A stretch of DNA of 64,000 nt from a virus (lineage: Duplodnaviria > Caudoviricetes), in IMG/VR virus record IMGVR_UViG_3300036987_000310, positions 160,001 through 224,000 of that record, one strand, 5' to 3'. Shown piece by piece: positions 63,096-64,000 of the stretch. The notes under the pieces are model-generated. The model was not told the origin of the DNA and did no database searches. It was given only the letters and a program-made list of their open reading frames with translations. A program made the translations under genes and the position numbers. How positions within the stretch are numbered: position 1 is the first letter of the stretch; every line of letters begins with the position of its first letter.

Positions 63096-63413
63096 ATGGC
63101 GCGAAAGAACGACAAGACAGACGTTTTGGACATGATCGAAGTGATGGAAGTGGAGGGTAGGCCCCTGGCCCACATGCGCATTTGCATCACTGGCCACCTG
63201 GCCAAATCTCGGGACGAAATTGTGAAGCTCATCAAGCAAGGCGGAGGAGAGTTTCACTCCTCGATGAAGTACCACACGACCCATCTGCTCACCAACGCGG
63301 ACTGGACAAAGAACTCTGTCGACGGAACGTCTTCCAAGTTCAAGAAGGCAAAGGAATATGGGGTCAAGGTCATCAACGAAGAGCAGTTTCTGGCCCTGCT
63401 GACCGGTCCATGA
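63096..63413 (+). CDS. stand-alone BRCT-domain protein (NAD-ligase/RFC-type BRCT)
   Basis: ICITGHL...RDEIVKLIKQGGG...TTHLL...SSKFKKAKEYGVKVINEEQF. Confidence 0.88.
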   Translation: MARKNDKTDVLDMIEVMEVEGRPLAHMRICITGHLAKSRDEIVKLIKQGGGEFHSSMKYHTTHLLTNADWTKNSVDGTSSKFKKAKEYGVKVINEEQFLALLTGP

Positions 63414-63598
63414 AGTGCGAAAGCTTCGATTGCGTCGGCTCTTTTGACGAGCACGAATGCGAAGAAGAAGCTGTCTACTTTTTCGCATGGGGTGATGACG
63501 CGATCGCCGTTTGCGATCGCCATTCCCACATTTATCTCGGAGACAGCACCGAGATGTCTGAAACAGAATTCCTGATCGCCAGAATCCATCAACAGTGA
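63410..63598 (+). CDS. treble-clef-like Zn-finger protein, tag family
   Basis: CESFDC...ECEEEAVYF...VCDRH...EMSETEFLIARIHQQ*. Confidence 0.7.
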   Translation: MKCESFDCVGSFDEHECEEEAVYFFAWGDDAIAVCDRHSHIYLGDSTEMSETEFLIARIHQQ

Positions 63599-63607
63599 GG
63601 TGGCTGA

Positions 63608-64000
63608 ATGAAGCGCTTTTGCATTGACAACAAATCGGATCCAGACTTGGTAAGACAAGCTGTTGTCGATCTCAAAAGAACAGTTCGGCTTGGAAAAAGG
63701 GCTGAAAAAGTTTTGCAGGCTCTGAAGCAAGACGGACACTTTGACGGGGATGTCCCGATTGTCGCCAAAAACGGATACCTCGGATACGTCGCTTCTGTCC
63801 ACAAGTTTCCCGCGTACCAGCCGATTTCCCGCGACGACATCCCGGGGTGGAGCGAGATTTCCGTCGAATGCGACGAGAGGCGCACTGGCGAGCATGGTGG
63901 TTCGAAGTTTTACACCATGCCCGTCTTCTTGAGAGGTCAAGCTCTGTACGCTCAGCTCGACGATGACAACATGCTCACCGGAAAAATTGCGCAAAAGCTC
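63608..64000 (+). CDS. hypothetical protein, 3'-truncated by window
   Basis: GAGGTGG RBS; frame open to end of window. Confidence 0.6.
   Translation, partial: MKRFCIDNKSDPDLVRQAVVDLKRTVRLGKRAEKVLQALKQDGHFDGDVPIVAKNGYLGYVASVHKFPAYQPISRDDIPGWSEISVECDERRTGEHGGSKFYTMPVFLRGQALYAQLDDDNMLTGKIAQKL

Noticed and set aside
14116-63598. C-terminal tag explained as a by-product of the next gene's RBS or ATGA overlap
   Set aside because: GGAG/ATGA can explain E at -2 and S/T/A at -1 in some cases (e.g. GTGCAGGAGGCTTGA). It cannot explain V/I at -4, M/H/Q at -3, synonymous codon variety, or tags on genes with no downstream neighbour (34344, 20457, 32023).
14116-63598. Tag as a DNA recombination core (TCATGA)
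   Set aside because: Many copies use GTGCAC, GTTCAC, ATACAC or GTGCAG and lack TCATG; conservation follows amino acids. The one local exception is reported at 57645/58076.
63254-63994. 246-aa minus-strand ORF and the 5' extension of 62541-63488
   Set aside because: Overlap antisense to the BRCT, tagged and terminal plus-strand genes, which have RBSs and motifs.

Overview
A 64-kb segment of a large tailed dsDNA bacteriophage (jumbo/huge-phage type, standard code 11). The evidence is bacterial GGAGGTGA ribosome-binding sites, ATGA-coupled operons, a tail fibre with a Peptidase S74-type chaperone, a sigma-70-family factor and an ATP-dependent DNA ligase. Positions 1-13.5 kb are a virion module: six tandem Trp-rich paralogues plus collagen-containing and repeat-containing fibre genes. 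Positions 13.5-64 kb are a dense, mostly minus-strand accessory region of about 115 small ORFs with scattered enzymes (metallophosphoesterase, SAM methyltransferase, CoaB-like/aldolase fusion, CBS-less IMPDH, SET domain, ligase, BRCT, endonuclease) and five 30-aa-repeat ankyrin genes. The main discovery is that about 45 otherwise unrelated accessory ORFs (ankyrins, two Zn-finger families, ORFans) end in the same C-terminal signature: an acidic amphipathic helix followed by [VI]-[MHQ]-x-x-stop (VMES, VHES, IHDA, VQEA, VMSA...). No structural protein or recognisable enzyme in the window has it. This looks like an undescribed variable-domain + constant C-terminal docking/sorting-tag system. Other signals: a 12-copy promoter/RBS module at 48-63 kb, a 26-bp palindrome masking the endonuclease start, a 55-bp exact inverted duplication, iteron-like repeats with hairpins at 45.5-47.2 kb, and a probable Acb2/Tad1-like + capsid-fragment fusion. 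All family assignments come from motif recognition by eye; no database searches were run.
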